Part shown: positions 7,512-14,563 of the stretch, piece after piece
Layout: the number at the start of each line of letters is the position of its first letter
How positions within the stretch are numbered: position 1 is the first letter of the stretch
DNA from: a virus
Virus record (IMG/VR): IMGVR_UViG_3300003322_000128
Coordinates: 34,784-98,783 of that record
Length of the DNA stretch: 64,000 bases
Strand: one strand, 5' to 3'
Position numbers and translations under genes: made by a program
The notes under the pieces: generated by a model
The model's database searches: none
The model's input: only the letters and a program-made list of their open reading frames with translations
Told to the model about the DNA's origin: nothing

Positions 7512-7666
7512 AGGTATGCAGGAAGTGTGCCCATGACATACCCCATCCTTTGGCACATTGGCATGTGTGGTGCCGTTACTGCCATAGGGTAAGGGTATTC
7601 AGGGGACCTAGCTGTAAGGTCTGTTACAGGAAGGCTAGGGCCCTTGTAGCAGACCTGTTCAAATAG
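7502..7666 (+). CDS. Small basic protein with three CxxC motifs
   Basis: CRKC, CRYC, CKVC; overlaps stop of previous gene. Confidence 0.55.
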   Translation: MRVKVCRKCAHDIPHPLAHWHVWCRYCHRVRVFRGPSCKVCYRKARALVADLFK

Positions 7667-7793
7667 GAACTACCCACTATCTTTTGGAAAGCACTAACTA
7701 AAAGTTAGTGTAAATGTAGGGTATTTGTGCGGCTATCTAGGCGCAATTAAGCCGCATTTCTGCCTGAATTCGGGCAAAAACAAGGGAAAAAGC

Positions 7794-7880
7794 ATGTATT
7801 CGCTTGCATTTCTTGCAATTACGGCCCTTTTCCTGATTGCCGCCTACTTTGCCGGGGTATTGCCGGGCGGTATTCAGTAG
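7794..7880 (+). CDS. 28-aa single-TM microprotein MYSLAFLAITALFLIAAYFAGVLPGGIQ
   Basis: Read manually; AAGGGA SD. Confidence 0.6.
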   Translation: MYSLAFLAITALFLIAAYFAGVLPGGIQ

Positions 7881-7900
7881 ATACAGAAAGGTAAATACAC

Positions 7901-8188
7901 ATGCCTATTGCTATTCAGTATATGGATAGGCCCAATTCTCCTAATGGTGCATACTATGGGGGGTATTGTGTGAATGATGGTAGCAATACCGTATTCATAG
8001 AAACCCGGGCTGCAAATAATCTCTTGCCTGTATATGCATGGCTAGGTAATGGAGATAGGGCTATTGGCAGGGAGGTCTATAAGACAGCTCTAGTTATGCC
8101 TAGCGTTACTCTCAATGCCAAGCAGTACAATACCTTGGTATGTTCTATTCCTACTCATGAGCAGAGGGCATATAGCAAAGGAGATTGA
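7901..8188 (+). CDS. Hypothetical protein
   Basis: GAAAGG SD; ORF. Confidence 0.7.
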   Translation: MPIAIQYMDRPNSPNGAYYGGYCVNDGSNTVFIETRAANNLLPVYAWLGNGDRAIGREVYKTALVMPSVTLNAKQYNTLVCSIPTHEQRAYSKGD

Positions 8189-8366
8189 GACAGAAATTCC
8201 CCCGAATTCTCCTGAAATCAATAGGGGAAAGGCAATTGCAGCTAGTTCTATAACTGTAGTTGTGGGAAGTGGCTTTTCTGCCTTGGTCATCATTGCAGTC
8301 TCGTTTATCCTGGTCACAATTCTTTGTGTCCTATGGGGCGTAGGGATTGCTATTTCGGCAGTATAG
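8157..8366 (+). CDS. Small membrane protein (start uncertain)
   Basis: Long hydrophobic C-terminal half in ORF 8115..8366. Confidence 0.5.
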   Translation: MSRGHIAKEIETEIPPNSPEINRGKAIAASSITVVVGSGFSALVIIAVSFILVTILCVLWGVGIAISAV

Positions 8367-8585
8367 GAATTCTTTAGTGGGACCCCCGAGATAATTTCAA
8401 ATGGGTCCCCCGAATTCTTTTTGAATTCAATATGCATTTGCTTTTATGGGCGCACTAATTGCAAGTGCGAATTCTATTTGCCGGCCTATATCATACATCT
8501 ACAAAATTTTTTAACATTTTGAATCTGGAAATTAGGTTACTTTGAGTTGATTGTAGCTAACTGAGAGTAATGGTCTGTAAACATA

Positions 8586-8624
8586 GAAAATCCCCACACC
8601 CTTTTTGGGTGTGGGGAAGTCTTT
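8586..8624. terminator. Terminator at the convergence of rightward and leftward blocks
   Basis: AAAA-TCCCCACACC-loop-GGTGTGGGGA; genes converge here. Confidence 0.75.
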
Positions 8625-8773
8625 CATGAATAAATCTGTGCATGCTTCTTACACATCATTCTCAAAACGCCTCTGAAGAAAACTTTTTGAAATGGTTTAT
8701 TTTGACATCTTGCCATGAAGCATTTGTTGTCGTTTCCTGACCTGTCTTCTCTCTTTGGTCCGCTATGTCCCAT
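8624..8773 (-). CDS. 49-aa zinc-finger-like microprotein
   Basis: Read manually: MGHSGPKREDRSGNDNKCFMARCQNKPFQKVFFRGVLRMMCKKHAQIYS; AAGGA SD. Confidence 0.65.
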   Translation of the reverse strand: MGHSGPKREDRSGNDNKCFMARCQNKPFQKVFFRGVLRMMCKKHAQIYS

Positions 8774-8891
8774 AGTATTCCTTACTATGTTTTTTACATA
8801 GGAGGAGTGTTCTTCCTCTTACTTTTGTCTTATAAACCCGGCCGGATTTCTTACATAGGAAACACTTGCCAGTTAACTTCTCTTCGCTCAT
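8763..8891 (-). CDS. 42-aa zinc-finger-like microprotein
   Basis: Read manually: MSEEKLTGKCFLCKKSGRVYKTKVRGRTLLLCKKHSKEYYGT; GGAGG SD, ATGA overlap. Confidence 0.7.
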   Translation of the reverse strand: MSEEKLTGKCFLCKKSGRVYKTKVRGRTLLLCKKHSKEYYGT

Positions 8892-9094
8892 TCTTCCTCC
8901 ATAGAAAATGCGGGATTAGGGGTAAAGGTCAATCCCTTCTCATGCATATCCGCCAATTGTGTAGCCTTAACAGGGTCATGTACAGACAACAAAGCAAGGT
9001 TGATATCATACAGTCTCATAAGCATAATCAAGAGTACTGTTTGAAAATTTTCCGGGTCAAAAGCGAAGCCCGGCTGGATTTCTTCCTCACTCAT
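8888..9094 (-). CDS. Hypothetical protein
   Basis: ORF with ATGA coupling. Confidence 0.75.
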   Translation of the reverse strand: MSEEEIQPGFAFDPENFQTVLLIMLMRLYDINLALLSVHDPVKATQLADMHEKGLTFTPNPAFSMEEE

Positions 9095-9258
9095 TGAATA
9101 AACAACAACTTATCATTACGGTCTAGAACACACTTCAAATGCCCCACGAAAATATAGTTGGCGCCCTCTACTGTATTGGCACCAATCTTCTTTGCATACT
9201 TAATAATGTCCTTCTTGTTCTTACAACGAAGAAGGAGCTTTGCATTTGGTTCACTCAC
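9091..9258 (-). CDS. 55-aa hypothetical protein
   Basis: Read manually (GTG start, MSEPNAKLLLRCKNKKDIIKYAKKIG...); AAGGA SD; fills gap. Confidence 0.65.
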   Translation of the reverse strand: MSEPNAKLLLRCKNKKDIIKYAKKIGANTVEGANYIFVGHLKCVLDRNDKLLFIQ

Positions 9259-9466
9259 TGTATTCCTTCAATCTTTCAATCAAATCATGTAGAGCTTGAT
9301 TTGCCAGGGCTGTGGCGGATGTAAGAGGTGGATACATTACCTTGTCTGACATATGAAGCCCGGCGTTTGCCTCGCTTTGTATTTGCAGATACTTTGTAAC
9401 CTTCTCAAACACGCCCTCAACCTTTTCTAGCTCTCTAATCAAATCTTCGTTTTTCAAATTCTTCAC
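9251..9466 (-). CDS. Hypothetical protein
   Basis: ORF in tightly packed operon. Confidence 0.65.
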   Translation of the reverse strand: MKNLKNEDLIRELEKVEGVFEKVTKYLQIQSEANAGLHMSDKVMYPPLTSATALANQALHDLIERLKEYSE

Positions 9467-10088
9467 CTATATATCTTGTATATGCTGGAGGAATGGCTTC
9501 GTTGATTTCTTTTGTAATCATCCAGTCAATTCCCATAGCTGCCCTCTTTGCCGCGATAGGAGCATTTCCTCCGCCTGTTACCTGAACGAACATATCATCA
9601 GTCAATGGCCGTCCAAAATGATGCTTTCGTTTATCGAATGTATATACGAGTGCTGTGTGCTTTGGATGGTCTGGTTGTTTCAGAGACCAATTAGTCTCAA
9701 ATAGTCTATGCCTGTAGACTCTAAGCCCCTTGAACATCCCGCCGCAAAGCATCACCGGCTGCTCCAATGGAGCAGTATCTACATTCTCAATAACGTAAGG
9801 CAATCCAGAGTCCTGTAGCATTTCCCTCACAGGTTTAATTAGGTCTGGATATTCCTTGCCTGTTCGTTTTTGCAAGTCGCTGTATTTTTGGCAGGGAGGC
9901 GATGCGTGTACAAGGTCGAATCGACCAGACATCATCATACGCCAACCTACAGAAAGAGCGTCACCCAATACGAAATTGAAAGGGTAACGCACTTGAAAAC
10001 GATTGTCAACACCGACAACCTCAAATCCAGCTTGGTGATAGCCCATTGCACTACCACCAGCTCCGCTAAACAAATCCAATACTCTCAC
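9435..10088 (-). CDS. DNA cytosine-C5 methyltransferase (short type)
   Basis: Motifs DLFSGAGG, ASPPCQ, IENV, RHRLFE. Confidence 0.9.
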   Translation of the reverse strand: MRVLDLFSGAGGSAMGYHQAGFEVVGVDNRFQVRYPFNFVLGDALSVGWRMMMSGRFDLVHASPPCQKYSDLQKRTGKEYPDLIKPVREMLQDSGLPYVIENVDTAPLEQPVMLCGGMFKGLRVYRHRLFETNWSLKQPDHPKHTALVYTFDKRKHHFGRPLTDDMFVQVTGGGNAPIAAKRAAMGIDWMITKEINEAIPPAYTRYIGEEFEKRRFD

Positions 10089-10327
10089 GAATCAATTTTA
10101 TCAGATTCTGCGGGCTTTGTCTCTGTCCATTCGAAGAAATTCTTTACATAAATCACTAGATAAACTACACATACTATAATAAACGGATATTGCTTAGTAA
10201 AGTATGCGTAAAGAATCCATAGGATTTGGTAAAGCGCTCCGATGGCCCATCCCCATCTGTTCTTCTTGCCAGCGATGTAGACACCAATGATGCCTACAGC
10301 CGCCAAAATCCAGCTAAAAAGTTCCAT
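10085..10327 (-). CDS. PnuC-like small membrane protein
   Basis: Three hydrophobic segments, KKNRWGW..G...Q.LW..Y pattern. Confidence 0.6.
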   Translation of the reverse strand: MELFSWILAAVGIIGVYIAGKKNRWGWAIGALYQILWILYAYFTKQYPFIIVCVVYLVIYVKNFFEWTETKPAESDKIDS

Positions 10328-10521
10328 CAGCTAAGCTGCTTCACTACATGCTCAGCTACTGAAATAATTGTTCCTTGAGTGTCCTCACTCTGGTAAATCT
10401 TTACAAGAGCGTTACCCCTCATATAATTTGAGGCAGCAAGGAATTCCCTTATTTCAGAAAGAGTGACTTCTCCATTGCGACCAACGTTCATTTCTACTTT
10501 CGTCTTTACAATGCTTGACAT
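10327..10521 (-). CDS. Hypothetical protein
   Basis: ORF, translationally coupled. Confidence 0.7.
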   Translation of the reverse strand: MSSIVKTKVEMNVGRNGEVTLSEIREFLAASNYMRGNALVKIYQSEDTQGTIISVAEHVVKQLS

Positions 10522-11288
10522 TACTTGTCCTTAATAGTTTCCATACATACAGGGAAGTGTTCGTGTGTCAACTCCCACACTCCCTTGGCGTAATCCTGAA
10601 TTTCCTTCTGAGCATCATGCTCAAGTCTCTGGTGAAGGAAATGAGTTAGAGCGCCAAGAGAGCAAGTCCAGCGCCAACGGACATAAAGTCCATAAGCGGG
10701 GAGAAATAGTCTTGCTTGCTCAGCACAAACACCATTAGCCATGGCGGAGTCATAAAGGTCAACGCTCTTACGGACAAGCTCTGTAAGCTCGTCTGACCAG
10801 AAGTTTCCGTACTCCTCAGCAAAATCGTCCCTAACATCAAGTGAATAGTCGTTGTATCGCCAAGCACCCCACTCAACATCATCAAGTGACTTGAGAGGTT
10901 CGCTTGAACCCTGCTTCTTGTTCTCTGGAGCAGAGCGCCACTCATTTGGTGCAGGAACATAAAATTCTGGGATTTCAGTTACATAACGACGACTCGACTC
11001 ATTCCAACCATTCTGGTCCTCAAGATGAGTGGACGCTACTGCGTACTTCCACCACTGTCTTGCAACGAAGAGTGGTGCATAAACCTCAAAAGTGAGAGCG
11101 GAATGACGGAACACTGAGGAGTGCTCTTCACGTTGAAGAAAGGCGAGAAGTCGTGCCTCTCTATCTCCAAACTCTGCTGACTCCTTGGCAAAGGAAACTT
11201 TTGCTGAGTTCACTGGGTCCAAATCGTCACCCATGTGCTTAATGTATCTTACATAGCCCTTGTCAAGGACTTCAATCTTATCTATCAT
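10521..11288 (-). CDS. thyX: Flavin-dependent thymidylate synthase
   Basis: VLDKGYV, EHSSVFRH, APLFVARQW, NESSRRY, EQARLFLP, AQKEIQ. Confidence 0.93.
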   Translation of the reverse strand: MIDKIEVLDKGYVRYIKHMGDDLDPVNSAKVSFAKESAEFGDREARLLAFLQREEHSSVFRHSALTFEVYAPLFVARQWWKYAVASTHLEDQNGWNESSRRYVTEIPEFYVPAPNEWRSAPENKKQGSSEPLKSLDDVEWGAWRYNDYSLDVRDDFAEEYGNFWSDELTELVRKSVDLYDSAMANGVCAEQARLFLPAYGLYVRWRWTCSLGALTHFLHQRLEHDAQKEIQDYAKGVWELTHEHFPVCMETIKDK

Positions 11289-11499
11289 ATGTATTTCCCA
11301 AAACGTGTCTCATAAGTGCTTCGTGCTTGTTTGTCATTTCGTACTTTCGGCGGGCTTCGTCATAACCCGCCATAATTGCATTAGCGAACCAGCCATGCAT
11401 CATGTCTTCATCAATTTGCAGATTGCCATCTTCAACAACCTTCATAAATTCTTCTGCCCAAGCAAGCGCGTCGGTGTTTGATGTATCGAAGTGAGTCAT
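11278..11499 (-). CDS. Hypothetical phage protein
   Basis: ORF; DALAWAEEF...GWFANAIMAG. Confidence 0.75.
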   Translation of the reverse strand: MTHFDTSNTDALAWAEEFMKVVEDGNLQIDEDMMHGWFANAIMAGYDEARRKYEMTNKHEALMRHVLGNTYDR

Positions 11500-11651
11500 T
11501 GAATCTTATTCAAGTCATTCTGAAGTTTCTTGATTTTATTCTCAGCGCGCTTGGCACCAACTTCATTGCCCTCACGCTTATGCTGCTCAAGAATAGCCTT
11601 CTGATGATTAATCAGATTCGTCAGCCTCAGTGCCTCTAGCATCGAGCCCAT
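11496..11651 (-). CDS. 51-aa helical microprotein
   Basis: Read manually: MGSMLEALRLTNLINHQKAILEQHKREGNEVGAKRAENKIKKLQNDLNKIQ; GAGGAGG SD. Confidence 0.7.
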   Translation of the reverse strand: MGSMLEALRLTNLINHQKAILEQHKREGNEVGAKRAENKIKKLQNDLNKIQ

Positions 11652-11677
11652 TTACAACCTCCTCAAACTTCTTAGAG

Positions 11678-11935
11678 TCATTGACCTTTTCCTGAGTGAC
11701 GTAGAAAGCTCCATCGTCGTCCTGTTCGAATGGAATTCCGTCTGCGCCAATAACGACGTTTCCCACTTTGTCTCCTTTTCATAACAATCCAGCCCTTTTC
11801 TTGACATTGCCAGCAGGGTTGGAATACGTAGTTATCCATGTCCAGAACAGACTTTCGAATCTGACAAACTGGACATGCGTAATCATGTTGTGCAAACAGG
11901 CCATCGGTTAGAATCTTTGGCTTATGCATCTTCAT
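11678..11935 (-). CDS. Zinc-ribbon protein with Arg-rich tail
   Basis: CPVC...CWQC; GAAAGGA SD. Confidence 0.7.
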   Translation of the reverse strand: MKMHKPKILTDGLFAQHDYACPVCQIRKSVLDMDNYVFQPCWQCQEKGWIVMKRRQSGKRRYWRRRNSIRTGRRWSFLRHSGKGQ

Positions 11936-11937
11936 TG

Positions 11938-12105
11938 CTACTTCCTTTCTCGGAAGAGCCTTACAATTTCCTTATTGATTTTCTCAATTGCTTCGCGTGC
12001 CCTGCGCATACCAAGTTCATCGCCTGAATTTCTTGCGGCCTCATACTTGGTTGCCTGGACTACCTTATCTTGCTTGAGATTTTGAAGTGTTTTCTTTCTG
12101 GACAT
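11938..12105 (-). CDS. 55-aa helical microprotein
   Basis: Read manually: MSRKKTLQNLKQDKVVQATKYEAARNSGDELGMRRAREAIEKINKEIVRLFRERK. Confidence 0.65.
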   Translation of the reverse strand: MSRKKTLQNLKQDKVVQATKYEAARNSGDELGMRRAREAIEKINKEIVRLFRERK

Positions 12106-12131
12106 AAAAATGCCGCTGTGAATACAGCGGC
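12106..12131 (-). terminator. Terminator-like hairpin downstream of tRNA cluster
   Basis: Minus strand GCCGCTG-tattca-CAGCGGC-ATTTTT. Confidence 0.6.
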
Positions 12132-12154
12132 GGGTCTCCTTTTCTATTCACAAG

Positions 12155-12227
12155 AGCCTAGTGTGAGAATCGAACTCACGACCTCTTCCGTACCAAGGAA
12201 GCGTTCTTCCACTGCAACTAACTAGGC
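12155..12227 (-). tRNA. tRNA-Thr(GGT)
   Basis: Cloverleaf: GCCTAGT/ACTAGGC acceptor, CTTCC-TTGGTAC-GGAAG, GTGAG-TTCGATT-CTCAC; CCA not encoded. Confidence 0.92.
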
Positions 12228-12278
12228 AAGTATAAGCTTGCCGGTATCAAGAAAGGAGAATAAAAAGATACCGACCAG

Positions 12279-12350
12279 AGCCAAATAACGGATTCGAACC
12301 GTTTTCTCATCTTTACGAGAGATGCGTTTTTCCTATTAAACTAAGCTGGC
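12279..12350 (-). tRNA. tRNA-Thr(CGT)
   Basis: CATCT-CTCGTAA-AGATG, AACGG-TTCGAAT-CCGTT; one acceptor-stem mismatch. Confidence 0.88.
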
Positions 12351-12355
12351 AAGAG

Positions 12356-12427
12356 AGCCGCCTGGGGATTCCGAGACCCCGACCTGTGCTTTACAAGAGC
12401 ACTGCTCTGCCTCTGAGCTAAGGCGGC
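12356..12427 (-). tRNA. tRNA-Thr(TGT) with atypical T-loop
   Basis: GCCGCCT/AGGCGGC, GTGCT-CTTGTAA-AGCAC; T arm GGGG-TCTCGGAAT-CCCC. Confidence 0.85.
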
Positions 12428-12434
12428 AACGCCA

Positions 12435-12464
12435 GTATATCACATAGCTTCCCCTCAGGGCAAG
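12435..12464 (-). promoter_or_regulatory. Promoter for tRNA-Thr cluster
   Basis: TTGCCC-N18-TATACT, with the -10 ending 7 nt before the tRNA 5' end. Confidence 0.6.
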
Positions 12465-12546
12465 ATTTCTGTCGCATTCAGTCCTCTTGGTAACATACTG
12501 GTAAGTTGGTTCCGTTAACAACGACCAACGGTTTCCGAAATGTCTC

Positions 12547-12620
12547 GTGCGCCCCTAGAGACTTAAACTCCAGACTACCAGCGTATCAGGCATGGCGTGC
12601 AATCGTAACACTAGAGCGCA
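12547..12620 (-). tRNA. Irregular tRNA-Ile(GAT)-like gene
   Basis: TGCGCTC/GGGCGCA acceptor, GTGT/GCAC D stem, loop CTGATAC, bulged anticodon stem, T-loop TTTAAGT. Confidence 0.6.
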
Positions 12621-12708
12621 TGCGGTCAGTTTCTATTTCAACTATTTCATCAATCTGACCAAGCTTGGGATGCTTTGTTCGAAGCCCCATCCCTAGGCCA
12701 GTTACTAC

Positions 12709-12737
12709 ATCTTAGCATAACGGATTATGCGTGTCAA
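12709..12737 (-). promoter_or_regulatory. Promoter of tRNA region
   Basis: TTGACA-N17-TAAGAT; spacer is a palindrome GCATAA-N4-TTATGC. Confidence 0.7.
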
Positions 12738-12740
12738 GAA

Positions 12741-13394
12741 TCAGTAGCCGCAACGTGGGGCTGTAACCCAGTTGCCTGCTCCCCTTCCATTATTCCACAA
12801 CTTCCAGAATGCCGCATCCTGTTGTGCAGGTGAGTAATTCATGGCCTTTCCTGAAAGTCCGGTCACTGTGTGCCAAGTGGCATCCATGAACTGATAAGCT
12901 CCTGATGCTCCAGAGCTAGGGTTTAGCGCTCTGTAGTTTCCACCTGACTCATACTTCCGGATACACGCGGCAATTCCTCCTGGGGCCGCGTAATTATTCT
13001 TTGGTTGAGTTGCCCTATGCTTATATACTCGTGGCTTAGAATTTAGCTGACGCTGCTTCCTGGCCTTTTCAGCAGCAGCCGCTAGGGCTGCCTTTCGGGC
13101 TGCTTCTTCACGAGCCTTCTTTTCTTCGGCCCGCTTCTTTGCTTCTGCAATATCCCTTAGGCGCTTCTCTTCAATTGCCTTCTGGTTATTGCGTTTATCA
13201 ATTGCCATTTGTTCAACTTCTGAAACAAGTGGCTGCCGCGTTTCACTTCGTGATGTCCTATGGTCATCTTCTCTGCTATCCGACTGGCTGTCGGCTGCTA
13301 CGACAGGTCTTTCTGTATTACTCTCCACAACTACAAAAGATGTAGTTCCTCCGACTGCAAGGATTGTGGCTAGTGTTGCGATTGTTCTCTTCAT
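12741..13394 (-). CDS. Secreted/anchored Rpf-like lytic transglycosylase
   Basis: N-terminal signal/TM, charged helical linker, CIRKYESGGNY...GASGAYQFMDATW...AQQDA domain. Confidence 0.85.
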   Translation of the reverse strand: MKRTIATLATILAVGGTTSFVVVESNTERPVVAADSQSDSREDDHRTSRSETRQPLVSEVEQMAIDKRNNQKAIEEKRLRDIAEAKKRAEEKKAREEAARKAALAAAAEKARKQRQLNSKPRVYKHRATQPKNNYAAPGGIAACIRKYESGGNYRALNPSSGASGAYQFMDATWHTVTGLSGKAMNYSPAQQDAAFWKLWNNGRGAGNWVTAPRCGY

Positions 13395-13558
13395 GAGACC
13401 TCCTTTGTCAGCAACGATTCATCTAATGTATCAGAACTGTAACAGCAATGCAAGTACGATATTGGAAAAATTGCCGGGGTTTACTACTTGACAGACAAAG
13501 GAAGGTGTTGGTAGAGTATTAATTATACTAGAAACAAAGGAAAGAAGAGTATCTACAA

Positions 13559-14563
13559 TTGAAAATAAGTTTTTATACAGTTAGAGGAGATATTAGAGAA
13601 GATAATGGATTCGGTTACGCTGGTAATAGCATTCGTAACAGCCTTCAGAATCTTGGTCATGATGTCTCCCTTTTTGATGACCAAGCAGACGTTCAACTGA
13701 GCTTTTGTCATCCAACATATTACGAGCCCAACCATCAGTATCAGATTGGTTACTCTCCATGGGAGTCCTCAGCCTTGCCAGAAGGATGGCTTGAAGGATT
13801 TAATTCTATGGATGAGGTATGGACTACATCTCGTAAGTGTCAAGAATGGTTTCATGATGCTGGCGTAGAGAAGCCTATTTATGTTTATGAACATGGTGTA
13901 GACTCTATTTGGACTCCTAAGCATCGAAAGCCTCAGCAGAAGATTAGATTTCTTCATATTGGCGAACCCGCCCCAAGAAAGGGTGGACAGCTTGCTTTTG
14001 AGGCATTTATTGAAGCCTTTGGAGCAAGACAGGATGTTCATTTGACTATCAAGGCTAATGGTCATAATACAACCAGAGCATACGTTCCCGGCCAAATTCG
14101 GCGGGGTGGTCCAAGGAACATTCTTGGATTGCCACATCAAGTTTATAGAAATGTTACATTGATTGAAGACTCCCTGTCTCTTGAAGAACTTGTTGCACTG
14201 TACCATAGCCATGATGTGTTGGTCTACCCATCCTGGGGAGAAGGTTTCGGACTCATTCCATTGCAAGCTTTGGCTACAGGAATGCCAACGATTTGTACAG
14301 CCGAATGGGCTTCTTACGATAGATTTCTTGGTAATCTCGCCCTTGATTCGCATGAAGTCTCATCGCCATGGCCAGATATTCATCCTGGCATGATGTCAGA
14401 ACCAGATAGACATCATCTAGTTGAGCTATACAGATATTCATATGAAAACTTTGACGCCTTGTCAAGGACTCATTTTGATAACGCTGAGGATGTTCATAGC
14501 CAATATAATTGGAATGAACTTACTAAAAATGCATTTACATATTTGGAGAATAAGATTAAGTGA
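13559..14563 (+). CDS. Glycosyltransferase (GT-B, GT4-like)
   Basis: PWES, HGVD, RKG, DVLVYPSWGEGFGLIPLQALATG. Confidence 0.92.
   Translation: MKISFYTVRGDIREDNGFGYAGNSIRNSLQNLGHDVSLFDDQADVQLSFCHPTYYEPNHQYQIGYSPWESSALPEGWLEGFNSMDEVWTTSRKCQEWFHDAGVEKPIYVYEHGVDSIWTPKHRKPQQKIRFLHIGEPAPRKGGQLAFEAFIEAFGARQDVHLTIKANGHNTTRAYVPGQIRRGGPRNILGLPHQVYRNVTLIEDSLSLEELVALYHSHDVLVYPSWGEGFGLIPLQALATGMPTICTAEWASYDRFLGNLALDSHEVSSPWPDIHPGMMSEPDRHHLVELYRYSYENFDALSRTHFDNAEDVHSQYNWNELTKNAFTYLENKIK

Noticed and set aside
8794-8860. TTACATAGGA direct repeat as an operator
   Set aside because: Explained by repeated Leu-Cys-Lys codons of the minus-strand zinc-finger gene
12336-12521. 61-aa minus-strand ORF
   Set aside because: Overlaps tRNA genes and their promoter
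12624-12660. Hammerhead or box C/D motif (minus strand TGATGA...GAAAC...CTGA)
   Set aside because: No stem II or stem I can form, and CUGACC pairs more simply with GGUCAG
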